The position numbers were made by a program, and so were the translations under genes. The notes beneath the pieces are model-generated. The model ran no database searches. It was not told the origin of the DNA and saw nothing but the letters and a program-made list of their open reading frames with translations. Positions 12,355 to 25,737 of a stretch of DNA of 64,000 nt are shown here, piece after piece. Origin of the DNA: Chiloscyllium plagiosum (lineage: Eukaryota); contig NC_057719.1 of assembly GCF_004010195.1 (NCBI RefSeq), positions 91,448,512 through 91,512,511 of the forward strand, read 5' to 3'. Each line of letters opens with the position of its first letter. The stretch's first letter is position 1.

Positions 12355-13008
12355 GTTGTGGAAAATAAGTCTGTAAGACACAGAATTTATAGCAAAGGTT
12401 TACAGTGTGATGTAACTGAAATTATATTTTGAAAAAGACCCGGATTGTTTGTTAAGTCTCATCTGTTAGAATGACCATGTTGGTTTCAGTTCTTTCATAT
12501 GTAAATCGCAAAACCATTTTTTTAAGAAGTTACATTCTCAAGTGAATTTTAACAACTGATGTCATGTCGGCCCAGATAATGTACTGAAGGTATTAAGTCC
12601 CTGTGAGGCTGTCTGTGCCACAATGGTCAGACTGATTCTAATCTAAAAGATGGATTTACAGAATCTTACATGGATTCATGCAGTTTTTGAGCAAAGTAAA
12701 ATATAATTCTGCAAGTACAAATTCATCCCAGAAACTTATATGTGTATGTGTGCATGTAAGTGTGTGTTTGTGGGGGGGGCTGGTGTTATGAGTGTTTGTG
12801 AGAGAATGTGTGTATGTGAGTGTAAAGGGGTATAAGTCTGTGAGAATGTATTGTGGGAATGTATGTGTGAGTGTATGAGGGAGGGTCTGCGTGAGTGTGT
12901 GTGTCCATCCGACTGTCTGTGTGCGTATAGTGCAATGGGGATCACCTGTAATGTGACATGAACCCAAGTCCCCATTGAGGCCATCACCATGGGTACCAAA
13001 CTTGGCTA

Positions 13009-13605
13009 TCAGCTCTGCTTGGCCACATTTCGTTGTTGCCTGTCCCGAAGTCTGCCTTGAAGGACGGTCACCCGAAGGTCCAAGGTCAAATGTCCTGGAC
13101 CACTGAGGTGCTCCCCAACTGGGAGGGAACCCTCCTGTCTGTTGATTGTTGTGCGGTGCCCATTCATCCATTGCTGTGGCCTTTGCTCGGTTTCACCAAC
13201 GTACCATGCCTCAGGGCATCCTTGCCTGCAGCGTATGAGATAGACAACGTTGGCTGCGTTGCGAGAGTACCTGTCACGTACACAGTAGGAGGTGTCCGTA
13301 CCCGTAATGGTGGTATCCGTATCGACATTCTGACACAACCTGCAGCGTCCACCGTGACAAGGTTGTATGGTGTTGTCCTGAAAGCTGGCCAGTTTGCTAC
13401 AAACAATGATCTGTTTGAGGTTTGGTGGTTGTTTAAAGGCGAGCAGTGGAGGTGTGGGGAAGGTTTTGCCGAGGTGCTCATCCTCACTGATAATGCGTTG
13501 CAGGCTGTGAAGACCATGGCGCAGTTGTTTGGCTCCTGGGAAGTACTGGACAATGAAAGGGTACCCTGTTGGTAGCAGCTCGTGTCTGTCTCCTGAGGAG
13601 GTCAT
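13009..13605 (-). pseudogene. Penelope GIY-YIG endonuclease domain (partial)
   Basis: LAFKQPPNLKQ...CHGGRCRLC...NVVYLIRCRQGCPEAWYVGET...MNGHR. Confidence 0.85.
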
Positions 13606-13608
13606 TAC

Positions 13609-13610
<2 letters not shown>

Positions 13611-13662
<52 letters not shown>
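13611..13662. repeat. (GT)n microsatellite
   Basis: Perfect GT dinucleotide run. Confidence 0.97.
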
Positions 13663-13664
<2 letters not shown>

Positions 13665-14049
13665 ATGAGGACATGACACCAATTGTTAAAGTTCACTTGA
13701 GCATTTAAAAAACGTTTTGCAATTTATATATGAAAGAACATGTTCATTCTAAAAGATGAGACTTAAACAACCCAGGTCTTTTTCAATATACACTTTCAGT
13801 TACATCACACTGTAAACTTTTGCTATAAATTCTGTGTCTCACAATTGTGTACTCCACAATCACTGATGAAGGAGCGATGCTCCAAAAACTAATGCTTCCA
13901 ATTAAACCTGTTGGACTGGTGTTGTGTGATTTTTAACATAATGAGAGATTTTGATGAAATAACTACAATGGATTTGTTAGCATGAATAAGGCAAATCACT
14001 TTCCACTGGCTGAAGGGTCAGTGGCAGGAGGATGCAGCATGAAAAATAT

Positions 14050-17000
14050 TATTAAAAGTGTTGTTATTAAGCTGGACAGCATTCTGAAAAGAATTACCAG
14101 GATGTTGTTGTGAATGGAGGGTTTGAGCTATAAGGAAAGGCTGGATAGGTTGGGACTTTTTTTGCTGGAACATTGGAGTTGAGAAGAGACGAGGGAGCAT
14201 GTTTTTAAGGTGAGAGGAGAAGGGTTTTAAAAAGATATGAGGGGCAACTATTTTGCGTATGGAACGAATTTCCAGGGAAACGACGGAAAGTAGAGTTGTA
14301 ATGTTTAAAAGACATTTGGAAAAGTAGGAAATGTTGGAGGGAAATGGGCTAAGCACAGGCAGGTGGAACCGGTTTAGTTTGGGAACATGGTCGGCATGGA
14401 CTGGTCGGCCTGAAGGTTCTGTTTCTGTGTTGTATGACTCGATGCAAAGAGCCAATAGGACATAGAGAGAAAATCCTTCAGGCCACAAATTATCTGGAAT
14501 GCGGTTCCTGAAAGAAGCTGATCCAAAAACGTTTTCGGTAACTGGATAAATACTTACGGAAATAGGATGAAATGAATAACTCTTTGATAGAGCTGGCTCA
14601 GGAATAATTGGGTATATTGCCTCTGATTGTACTGTAAGATTTCACAACCTAGGTTCAGTATTTGTGCAGACACCCAACAGCAACCTCTAAGTAGGGACTG
14701 ACCAACATTGGACTCCTAACATTGAAGGTTGAGGCCAGAACAAACACTGTAATGGGGATTGTATAAAGTAATAACTCTGAAACAGTAAATGTCGGAATCA
14801 GCATGAGAATCATATAGTGTGGAAAGAGGCTATTCAGCTCATCAACTCCATACTGATCCACCAAAGAGCATCTCACCCAGATCCACACCCCACCCTATCC
14901 CCGTTACCACGCATTTACCACGGCTAACCCTCCTAACCTACACATCCCTGGGCACTACAAGGCAAATTACTGTAGTCAATCCACCTAACCTGCACATTTT
15001 TGAATTGTGGGAGGAAACTAGAGCACCCGGCAGAAACCCACACAGACACGGGGAGAACATGCAAACTCCACACAGAAAGTCATCCAAGGCTGCAATCGAA
15101 CCAGGTCCCTGAACGAAATGAAAAATGAAAGTCAAGTGAAGTTGATCAGAAGCCTTCCTCTACTTGTACTCCCGGGGGTCCTGCTGACGGCAAACTTATC
15201 ACGAATACTTTACCTGCATCCTCTTACCCGACACCCTCATGACAATAGCAGCAGAGTTTTGGTATCTTCCACAAACTGAAGAAATAAAAAGAAAATGAGA
15301 CGGATTCAATCCATTCACATCTGAACTAGAAATGAGGCTGGTCCTTTAGAAGTTTGTTCAATGTATCGTATCAGTTGCACGACACTGTGATCTTTTGCTA
15401 AACATTCTGTGTTTTATCTCCGAAAGCTAGTGCTTCCAAGTTGGACTATAACCTGGTGTTGTGTGTTTTTTTAAAACTTTATCCACCCCAGTCCAACGCC
15501 CACAACCCCACATCAGTGCTGAAGAAGTGAGCTTTCAACTTGATGTAGAACCGCCCCCTGGTGGAGACATATATGATGTTACATGCAGTTCCATTGGGAA
15601 ATGTACATTGTGTACGCAGTAAAGATAGACAAAGAACTAATAGCGTAGAGTCCAGAGAAGGTTTACTAGGATTATACAAGGTGTGTTGAGACTTTCTTAT
15701 CAGGAGATGATGAGTAGATTAGGCCCACACTCATTTGAGTTTAAAAGAATGAGAGATGACCTTATTGAAACATAGAAGATTCTTAGTGGATTCTTAGCCA
15801 TAGAGTCATACCGCACACAAACAGGCCCTTCAGTCCACCATGATTTGAATGTGAACATAGGAGATATGGTTAGTACGTTTGCAGATGACATCTAAATTGG
15901 AGGTGTAATGGACAGTGAAGACGGTTACCTCAGAATACAACAGGATCTTGATCAGATGGACGGAGGAGTGGCAGATGGAGTTTAATTTAGATAAATGTCA
16001 GGTGCCACATTTTTTAGAATTAGAATCCCTACAGAGTGGAAGCAGGCCATTTGGCCCAACAAGTCCACACTACCTCTGTGAAAGAGTATCCCATCCAGAC
16101 CCATTCCCCTACACTGAGTACTCTACATTTTCCCTAACTAATGTACCTAGCCTACACACTAAGGTAACTTACCATGGCCAATTCACTTAACGTGCACATC
16201 TTTGACTGTGGGAGGAAACCAGAGCACCCGGAGGAAACCCACGCAGACATGGGGAGAATATGCAAACTCCATGCAGACAGTTACCCGAGGCTGGAATCAA
16301 ACCGGGACCCTGGTGCTGTGAGGCAGCAGTGCAAACCACTGAGTCATCGTGCCTCCAGAGAAAGTAAATCCAGCATATACAGACTCTACTCATAACTCAT
16401 CCGAGGTAACAATCTGGTGAATCTCCTCTGCAGCCTCTCCAGCACAATCGCATCTTTCTGACAATGTGATACTGGAAAAGCACAGCCAGTCAGGCAGCAT
16501 CCGAGGCACAGGAGAGTCGATATTTTGGGCATAAGCCTTTCATCAGCCCTTCATCTTCAGCATCCACAGTCCTCACTTTCTCCATGTCCTTCTGACAGTG
16601 TGGCAAACAGAACTGCACAGAGTTTTCCAGGTGTGGTCTAACCAATGTTTTATAAAGGCATAACAAGACTTGTTTGCTCCTATATTCTCTGTTCTGGCAA
16701 GAGGACAAGCCATATGCCTTCTTCACCATCCTGTCTTCCTGTGCTGACACCTTCAGGGGACCAATGTCCCTTTGTTTCTCAGTACTCCCTAGGGACCTAC
16801 CATTCATTGTGGATGTCCTTCCCTTATTGAATGTTCCAAAATGCTTATCAGGATTAAATTCCATCTGCTATTACTCTACCCATTTACCAGCTTATCAACA
16901 TCTGACTGAGTCCATCCTCCTCATTGTCAATAAAGACACCAATTTTTGTGTCATCTGCAAATTTACTAATCAATTTACTAATTTGGCACACTGGCCTTCA

Positions 17001-19135
17001 TCAGTCAGAGCATTGAGTATAGATTTGGGAAGTTATGTTGCAGTTGTACAGGACATTGGTGAGGCTGCACTTGGAGTGTTGTGTTCAGTTTTGGTCACCT
17101 TGCTACAGGAAGGATGTTATTAAACTGGAAAGAGTGCAGGAGAAATTTACAAGGATGTTGCCAGGACACAAGAGTCTGAGTTATAGGGAGACGCTGGACA
17201 AGCTAGGGCGTTTTTCTTTAGAGCATAGGAGACTGAGGGGTGATCTTACAGAAGTGTATAACATCATGAGAGGCATGGATAGGGTGAATGCACTTAGTCT
17301 TTTTCCCAGGGTTGGGGAATCGGGGACGAGAGGGCATCAGTTTAAGTTTAGAGGGGAAAGAATAAAAGGGAACCTGAGGGGCAACTCTTTTTATACAGAG
17401 GGACGTCCACATATAGAATGAGCTGCCAGTGGAAGTGGTTGAGGTGGGTACATTAACAACATTTAAAAGGCATTGGGACAAATACATGGATAGGAAAGGA
17501 TTAGAAGGATATGGGTCAAGTGCAGGGAAATGGGGTTAGCGTGGATGGGCATTTTGATTGGCATGTACCAGTTTGAGCCAAAGGGCCTGTCTCTGTGCTG
17601 TAGGACTCTACGTCTCTGTGGTCAGCATCTATGAGTTGGACCAAAGGGTCTGTTTCCATGCTGCACATCTCTATGACTCTATGACTCTCTGCCTTCTACA
17701 TTCACATCCGAGTTGTTAACGTATTTAACAAAAGTAAGTGTCCCCTCACCGACCCCTGTGGCTGCAGACTTCCAGTCACTAAAACAATCCTCCACTATTG
17801 CTCTTTGCTTCCTGCTTACAAGCCAGTTTGGACTGATTTGCCAACTTGCCTTGAATCCCATCTTTCCCAGCCTTCCATGTGGGACCTTGTCAAAGGTCAT
17901 TCTGAAGGCCATGTAAACCACATCATCTCATATAGTCATAGAGTCATAGAGGCATACAGCATAGAAACAGGCCATTCAGCCCAACTTGTCCATGCTGACC
18001 AGGTTTCCTAACCTAATCTAGTCTTATTTGCTCGCATTTGTCTCATATTCCTCTAAACCTTTCCTATCCATATACTTGCCCAAATGTCTTTAAAATGTTG
18101 TAATTGTGCCCACCTCTACCACTTCCTCTGGCAGCTTTTTCCACTCTCTGTGTGACAAAATTGACCGTAATGTCCCTTTTAAATCTTTCCCCCCTCATCT
18201 TAAATCTATGCCCTCTAGCTTTGGACTCTCTTAAGTTGATTATTCACCTTATCTATGTCCCTCATGATTTTATAAACCTCTATAAGGTCACGCCTCAGTC
18301 TCTAACACTCTAGAAAAACAATGACCCAGCCTATCCAGCCTTTCCTTATAATTCAAACCTTCCAATCTTGGTAATATCCTTTTTTCTTGCACCCTTTCCA
18401 ATTTAATAAGATCCTTCCTGGAGCAGGGAGATCAAAATTGACTGCAGTACTCCAAATGTGGCCTTACAGTGTCATGTACAATCACAGCGTAACATCCCAA
18501 CTTCACTATCCCCATCGAGATATTTAGCCACCTTTTCAAAAAATTCCATTACTCAGACAAGATCTCCCTCTAACAAATCCATGCTGACTATCCCTGACCA
18601 ATTCTTGCCTTTCTAGTCCTGTTTCTCTGAATCTTTTCCAATAATCTACCTATCACTGGCATCTGGCTAATTTGTATGTAATTATCTGGCCTATCCCTGC
18701 TGCCCTTCTTGGACGAAGGAACCACATTAGCGATCTTCCAGTCATCTGGCACTTCACTTGTGGCTAATGAAGTATTGAATGTTTCCACCAGGGCACGAAG
18801 ATGTAGGTGCTGAAGGGTTGTAACCCCTTGTGGCAGAGACTAGGGGCAGAGGACATAATTGACCAGGGGTCATACATTTAAGACAAATGGGGAGGAACTT
18901 CTTCGCATGGACTGTCGTGAATCTGTGGAATTCTTTACCACAGAGGTCCTTCAAGGCTGGGTGGCTAAGTACAGTCAAGGCTGACATTTGCAATCTGTTC
19001 AGGAATCAAGCGTTATGGGGAAAAGGCCAGAGAGTAGAGTTGAGGGTTAGCAGATCCGCTATGATTTCCTCAAATGGCAGAACAGTTTCAATGGACTGAG
19101 TGGTCCACTTCTGCTCCTACATTTTTATGGTCTTA
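14050..19135. mobile_element. Dense nest of CR1 fragments on both strands, with HE1-like SINEs (~14805-15112 -, ~16015-16355 -) and Penelope-derived stubs (~15365-15500, ~16470-16583)
   Basis: CR1 peptides LYRTLVRLHLECCVQFWSP (17035+), FDKVPHGRL (17679 -) and VPDDWKIANV (18588 -); SINE peptide signature CGRKPEHPEETHAD. Confidence 0.8.
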
Positions 19136-19995
19136 CATGTGCCAATTGAGGGTCAGCTTTTGCCAGCACTGTTAGCATGACACTTCCAGGAACAAAACGA
19201 GAATGTTTACAGCGCCAGACAGCTTTCAAACATCCAGTGTAACTATAGCTGTGACGTTGGACTGGACCCATTGGGATTAGATCTTTTACTGACCTGCTTC
19301 TGCAGGTAATTCCTGTGTTTGATCATGAAGCACTGTCTCCTAAGCTGCAAATTTATAAACACTGCTACGGCTGGTTACAAAATGTCTCTGCAATGCTTGG
19401 ATCCAGTTTAGGAAAATCCCATTTACCGTTTCTCAAAGAACAATAACGAATTGTAGCTAAAAACCAGAAGAACTGCAGATGCTGTAGATTAAAAACAAAA
19501 ACAGAAATTGCTGCAAAAGCTCAATAGGTCTGGCATCACCCGTGGAGGGAAATCAGAGTTAATGCTTCGGGTTGAGTGACCCTTCCTCTGAACTCCAGTT
19601 GTTTGTAACGGGAAAGCGCCGACCAATATCTAGACTAAATGAGGAACGTGGTTTGCAGAGTTGTTGTGGGGTTGAGAAAGAAGGCGATGATTGGACTCCG
19701 TGTTGGGATATATGTGTGCATCAGGGAAGGTTAGACTGAGGTTAGGCTACACGTGGTAGGATATCACCATTTGTTGTTGACACTCAGATTTGGCGAACTA
19801 GATGGATGGGCACCTAAGCAGTAGTTGAGACAGATTAATGATCAAAACCTTTAACGGCAACACGTTCAGTTTCACCAACATCATTTATCTCCTGCTGATG
19901 TACATTAATGACATACTGTGCTAAAACAAACAACCTGAGAACTGGGCATGTGATGGTTTGGGCTTGTAAGAATAATGATTTTTCCATAAGAAATA

Positions 19996-20210
19996 ATGTT
20001 TGTGTGTGGTGTGTGTCTCTTCGCTTTTGTCTGTGTCTGTTTGCATCTTTGTGGACCTCAGTCTGTGGGTAGGCGTGTCTGTTTGCATCCGTGTATACAT
20101 GTGTACTTATCGTTGTTTGTGTGTGTGTGTGTATATACCTATCGCTGTCTAGGTTTGTGTATGTGGCTGTGTGTTTTTGTGCGTGTCTGTCTGTCTCTGT
20201 GCGTCGGCCC
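19996..20210. repeat. Degenerate TG/TGTC low-complexity repeat
   Basis: Interrupted (TG)n and (TGTC)n tracts. Confidence 0.8.
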
Positions 20211-21058
20211 TTCAATCTGTTTCAATAACTCTGTGCTGCTTGAAATATCTGTGTTTATGTGACTGACAAAGATTGTTGGTCGCCTCTCTCTCTCCCCCCC
20301 CCCACCACCTCCCCAAGCTCCATTATTCTGTTTGAGTTGAATGCCATCTGCTGAGCGAAGTCAGTAGATGTGGATGCTACAATAATTCAACAAATAACAT
20401 TTAAAGAATGAACAAGAAGTCTATGACTTTCTTTCATCTCACAGCTGCCACCTACTCTGAAACATTTCGTGAATACCAATAGAGCTTTTGCATTGTTGTC
20501 AAGAAAGGGTTTGGGTTATTACTGAGGGATTAGAGCTGAACCAATTCCATTAGGTGATGATTAGCACTGGGCAAAGTAGAGAGATCAGGCTCCAGTCAAA
20601 GACTCGACCCCAGTGCTTACAGCTGATCAATTTGCAAGCGTCGAATATATGAATTCCCAACTATCTGGAGAGGTTCGTTTATTACTTTTTTACATGAATG
20701 TTCGCGCATGCTTCAAGACTAAATAAAGATAATGGTCAAATTAAGAGAGGTTTTGATAGAATAATGTGAGGTGGATCGGTTCCCACTGTCTGGAGGGTCA
20801 GTAGCTAAAAGGCGCACATTCTCGACAAGATCACTTCAAAATAATTGGCAAAGTAAACCAGAGAGGGTGGGGAAGTATCGGTTTTGCACGCAAGAATGCT
20901 AGAAGCAGGTTCGATACTAGCCTCTGAAAGGAAACTGCATTTATCTTTAAGGTGCAAAAATTTGACGGGTTTGGAAAAGAGTAGGGGTGTGGGACCAGTT
21001 TGAACAGATCTTCCAAAAAGCTGACATGGGAATGGGGAGCCAAATGGTCTTGTTTTTT

Positions 21059-21720
21059 GAATTGAATTGAATTTATTGTCACGTGTACTGAGGCACGGTG
21101 AAAAGCTTTGCCTTGCGAGCAATACAGGCAGATCACAGAGTTAAGTAGTATAGATAATAAATAATAGGTAAAATGGTGGCAAAAGCAAAAATGGAGATAT
21201 AGGCGAATGTTAAGAGTTTGTGAGTCCATTCAGTATTCTAACAATGTTAGGGTAGAAACTGTTTTGAAACCGGCTGGTGTGTGAGTTCAGGCTTCTGTAC
21301 CTTCTGCCTGATGGTAGAGGTTGTAGAAAAACATTGCCAGGGTGGGATGGATCTTTGAGGATGCTGGCAGCCTTTCCTTGACAGCGGGCCTGGTAGATGG
21401 ATTCTATAGATGGGAGGTTGGCCTTTGTGATTTGCTAGGATGTTGCCTGGTATGGAGGGAAGGTCTTATGAGGAAAGGCTGAGAGACTTGAGGCTGTTTT
21501 CATTAGAGAGAAGGTCGAGAGGTAACTTAATAAGGCATACAAGATGATCAGAGGATTAGAAAGGGTGGACAGTGAGAGCCTTTTTCCTTGGATGGTGATG
21601 GCTACCTGTTACACTCTCTGTAACCATCTCTGATCTTGAATGGTACAGTTGCTACACCAGGTAGTGATACATCCAGACAGAATGTTCTCAATGCTGCACT
21701 ATAGAAGTTGGCAAGGTGCC
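21059..21720 (-). mobile_element. Rex1/Babar-clade LINE 3' fragment, interrupted by a CR1 piece (21435-21604)
   Basis: Minus strand RKAASILKDPSHPGNVFLQPLPSGRRYRSLN...NSFYP and IENILSGCITTW; (TTCAA)n tail. Confidence 0.75.
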
Positions 21721-22249
21721 ATGTGATTCTGTTTAGTGTGAATAGAAGCAATGCCACCTCAAACCATATTTTATATTGACTGAGTATCCTCCCTAGTTGG
21801 CATGCCTACTGCAGAAGTTTCTGTATTAAAACTATATTATGTTTCTATATTCAGCATTCAAAAGTCCTGACAGGGTCAGATTCAACCTCACCATCCTCCT
21901 TATCTCTCAGGCACCAGGTTCTGGTAATGTAGGATAGATGGCCCCCTTTGGACTGTTAAGTCAGGGGGTATGGGATGTGGAATCCCTTACTGAAGAGAGG
22001 GGAAAGGGAAGGTTGGTGGGGAGTGGGACGGATATCTGCACTCTCGGATCCCACCAAGTCAACATTCCAAGTAGCAGCAACCCAATTCTATCTGCCTTGT
22101 TAGACTTTACAAGCTTCTTTTCCATCTTGCTTTTCCATTATACCTATTTAAAGCATCTCTGAAGCCACCTTTCATTCCTATAGTTTACTATTGTGACCCT
22201 CTATGGCCCTTGCACTTTTATCCGCTTTGTCTATTAATCACAACCGTCT

Positions 22250-23650
22250 TGTTATTTAGTAGGAGAAACAAGTGTACAGAGTATTTCTTAAATAGTGAGA
22301 AGTTAGAAAGGGACCTTGGTGTCTTTGTTGATAACTGAAGGCTAACATACAGGTACCACAAGCTAATAGGAAAGCTAAAGGATCATTAACCTTTATTGGA
22401 AGAGGATTTGAATACAGGAGTAATGAAATCTTGCTCCAATTGTTATGGGATTATTTATAGGAACTGTGTTGCAGGAAAGATACTATTGCCATAGAAGGAG
22501 TGCAGTGAAGGTTTGCAAGACTTAGTCCTGAGATGGTGGAGTGTCCTATGAAGAGAGATTGGCCAAACTGGGCCTGTATTCTCTAAATGCTTCAGAAAAT
22601 GAGAAGTGATCCATGTGCATAGATCCCTGAAAGTTATCAGGGTTGATAGGGTTGTTAAGATGGCATACGGTGTGTTAGCTTTTACTGGGAGAAGGATTGA
22701 GTTTCAGAACCATGAAGTCATGTTGCAGCTATACAAAACTCTGGTGCGGTCGCACTTGGAAGTATTGCATACAATTCTGGTCGCTGCATTATAGGAAGGA
22801 TGTGGAAGTTTTGGAAAAGGTTCAGAGGAGATTTACTAGGATGTTGCCTGGTATGGAGGGAAGGTCTTATGAGGAAAGGCTGAGAGACTTGAGGCTGTTT
22901 TTATTAGAGAGAAGGTCGAGAGGTAACTTAATAGAGGCATACAAGATAATCAGAGGGTTAGATAGGGTGGACAGTGAGAGCCTTTTTCCTCGGATGGTGA
23001 TGGCTAGCACGAGGGGACATAGCTTTAAATTGAGGGGTAATAGATATAGGACATGTCAGAGGTAGGTTCTTTACTGACAGAGTAGTCGGGACGTGGAACA
23101 CCCTGCCTGTAACAGTAGTAGACTCGCCAGCTTTAAGGGCATTTAAATGGTCATTGAGTAAACATATGGATGAAAATGGAATAGTATAGATTAGATAGGC
23201 TTCAGATTGGTTCCACAGGTCGGCGCAACACTGAGGGCCGAAGGGCATGTACTGCGCTGGAATGTTCTATGTTTTATGATCACATTGAAACTTGCAAAAT
23301 ACTGAAAGGGACAGACTGGGTCGATGCAGGTAAAATGTTTCTCCTGGCTGGGGAGACTGGAACCAGAGGGCACAATTTGAAAATAAGGGACATGGGGTCT
23401 GAGATGGGTCTGAGATGAGGAGATTTCTTTGACTTAGAGGGTGGTGTACCTCTGGAATGCTTTACCACTGAGGGCTGTGGAAGATCAGTCCTTGAGCAAA
23501 ATGTAGAGATCAATCAGTTACTGCTTCCCAATGGTATAGGGGATGGGGTAAATGAAGGTTATTGAATGTGTTCAATCAGCCAGGATTCGATTGAATAGAG
23601 AGGCACGTTCAGTGGACTGAATGGCCTATTCATGTTCTTACGTTCCCATT
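22250..23650 (+). mobile_element. Nested CR1 LINEs (younger copy ~22606-23280 inside an older one)
   Basis: LQLYKTLVRSHLE and KVQRRFTRMLPG peptides; TTCTATG tail near 23265-23280. Confidence 0.85.
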
Positions 23651-23977
23651 ACAGACTGTTAATTGTCTGGAAGATCATCACCGCTACCTCTTGCAGTTCC
23701 TTCTGCTTTTATTGAAAAGAATATGTTTTGTGGTTCAAAGTTATTGATGAAAAATTAAAAGGACATCTTGAAATGTTGAGAATGCTCACTTACGCATGAC
23801 TTTCACAGAAACAATTGATGAAGGATTGTAAACGGTGTGAGTAATGAATTTATCTTTGCCAGGGAAGCACCCACTTACTGGTGAGCTCACCTTGCGAGGA
23901 CAGAGCCCCTGCCACCTGACCTGCCCATCATCTCTTCACACCCAAGCAGAGTCGGACAGCCCTCCTCTGGCTCAGCC

Positions 23978-24558
23978 ATGGCAGTTCTAAGAGTGTCGTT
24001 CACAAAGAGCAGAAGGAACAAACTAGCCCAGGTGCTGTGGATCTTAAACTGGGTGTCAGTCGTGATGGGCCTGGTTCTGATCATCTTGGGAGCTTTCCTG
24101 AAAATGGAGATCGGGAAACACAGGGAGGTAATGGTCAGCCGAGGGGCAGATTCGATCCCACACATGTTGCTGGCCGTGGGAGCCATTGCCTGTGGCATCA
24201 ACTTCCTGGGGAGCAAGATCTGCCATGATTGTTCGGACAGCCAGCGGTTCACTCGCTGGAGGTTGGCCATGCTTCCTTATGTCATCTGCACTTTCTTCTT
24301 TACCTTCTGCATCCTTGCTGGGGCATTGGTGTGCTATACCATGAAGAGCTCCCTGGAGGAATCTCTCCACCTGGGCCTCAAGCGAGCTATGAGTTTTTAC
24401 AAGGACACTGACACCCCCGGGCTCTGCTTCATGAAGAAGACTATGGATGAACTGCAGTTCAAGTTTCACTGCTGTGGGAACAATGGATTCAGGGACTGGT
24501 TTGAGATCCAGTGGATCAGCACACGTTACTTGAACTTGAACTCCAAAGATGTTCAGAA
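23978..24558 (+). CDS. prph2l: Peripherin-2-like tetraspanin (photoreceptor outer segment membrane glycoprotein 2 / CRDS2 type), coding exon 1
   Basis: Kozak GCCATGG; three TM helices; YKDTDTPGLC(150)F, C165-C166-G and R172 in register with PRPH2; donor AA|GTAAGT; 581 nt, the same as PRPH2 coding exon 1. Confidence 0.93.
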
Positions 24559-24616
24559 GTAAGTAGACAGGGAAATGGGCAGCAAACGTTTGGAAACTCA
24601 AACAATGCACTTTAAT

Positions 24617-24917
24617 GGAGCGGCATGGTGGCTCAGTGGTTAGCGCTGCTGCCTCACAGCGCCAGGGACCTGTGTTTGAATCTAGCCTCAGGCGACTGTC
24701 TGTTTGGAGTTTGCACATTCTCCGTGTGTCTGCATGGGTTTCCTCTGGGTGCTCTGGTTTCCTCCCACAGGTCAGGTGAATTGGCCATGACAAATTGCCC
24801 ATAGGGTTAGGTGTATTAGTCACATGGAAATGGGTCTGGTTGGGTTACTCTTCAGAAGGTCAGTGTGGACTTGTTGGACTGAAGGGCCTGTTTCCACTCT
24901 GCAGGGAATCTAATCTA
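24617..24917 (+). mobile_element. HE1-type SINE just inside intron 1
   Basis: Head GGAGCGGCATGGTGGCTCAGTGGTTAGC; AATCTAATCT tail. Confidence 0.85.
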
Positions 24918-25351
24918 AAAACTCTGACAAATGTGAGGACCTTATTTCTTAACTTCTTTCATTTTCCTAATATTAGTTTCAATTTGTATTTTGATCGTTC
25001 ATATTAAGCCTTTCAGTTTCCTTTCCTTCACCGCAACGTCTTTATTCCTTCAAGGGATAGCGCCGTCGATATAATTAAACTGAGGCACTCAATTGGCGTT
25101 ATTCAGAGGGATGCTAAGAGTCAGCCATATTGTTGTGGGTCTGGAGTCACATGGAGGCCACATCAGAGTAAGGACATTAGTGAATTGGATATTTTACAGC
25201 AATGGTCACCATTCCTGATGCTAGCTTTATAGGTTTAATCAAATGAAAATTAAATTCCACCAGCGACTATAATTTGGATTCAAACCCATTTGACCTGGGC
25301 TTCTGGATTACTGGTCCAATGATGTTATCACCTGGCCACATCCTTGCCCTG

Positions 25352-25582
25352 GAGAAAGTGGGGACTGCAGGTGCTGGAGATCAAAGTCGAGCGTGTGGTG
25401 CTGGAAAAGCACAGCAGGTCAGGCAGCATCCAAGCAACAGGAGAATTGACGTTTTGGGCATAATCCCTTCATCAGCTATCCTTTAAGATTTCCTAATGAA
25501 GGGCGTGTGCCCAAAGGATTGACTCTCCTGCTCCTTGGATGCTGCCTGACCGGCTGAGCTTTTCCAGCACCACACTATCAAC
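25352..25582. mobile_element. Palindromic Penelope-derived mini-element (degenerate hammerheads)
   Basis: 16-bp TSD CCACATCCTTGCCCTG (25336-25351 / 25583-25598); inverted arms around a short spacer. Confidence 0.8.
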
Positions 25583-25737
25583 CCACATCCTTGCCCTGAT
25601 TCATTTAGTGCGGCTCCTGGTCTAATTATAATTTTCCTTTTGTCCTCATTCTGTAAGCAGTAAGAACAGGTTGACCAGGGGAAATTATAAATGAAGACAG
25701 AATACAAGAATCAGGAGGTTTGCTGTGTCTTTATTAA

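Larger units (their letters stand above)
12235..13934 (-). mobile_element. Penelope-like retroelement (family 2) with ~280-bp inverted pseudo-LTRs
   Basis: 11-bp TSD AACATAATGAG (12224-12234 / 13935-13945); 12270-12560 is the reverse complement of 13670-13937; inserted in a CR1 fragment. Confidence 0.88.

Noticed and set aside
24056..24823. 255-aa minus-strand ORF overlapping prph2l exon 1
   Set aside because: It starts in a SINE and is the antisense shadow of the real exon.
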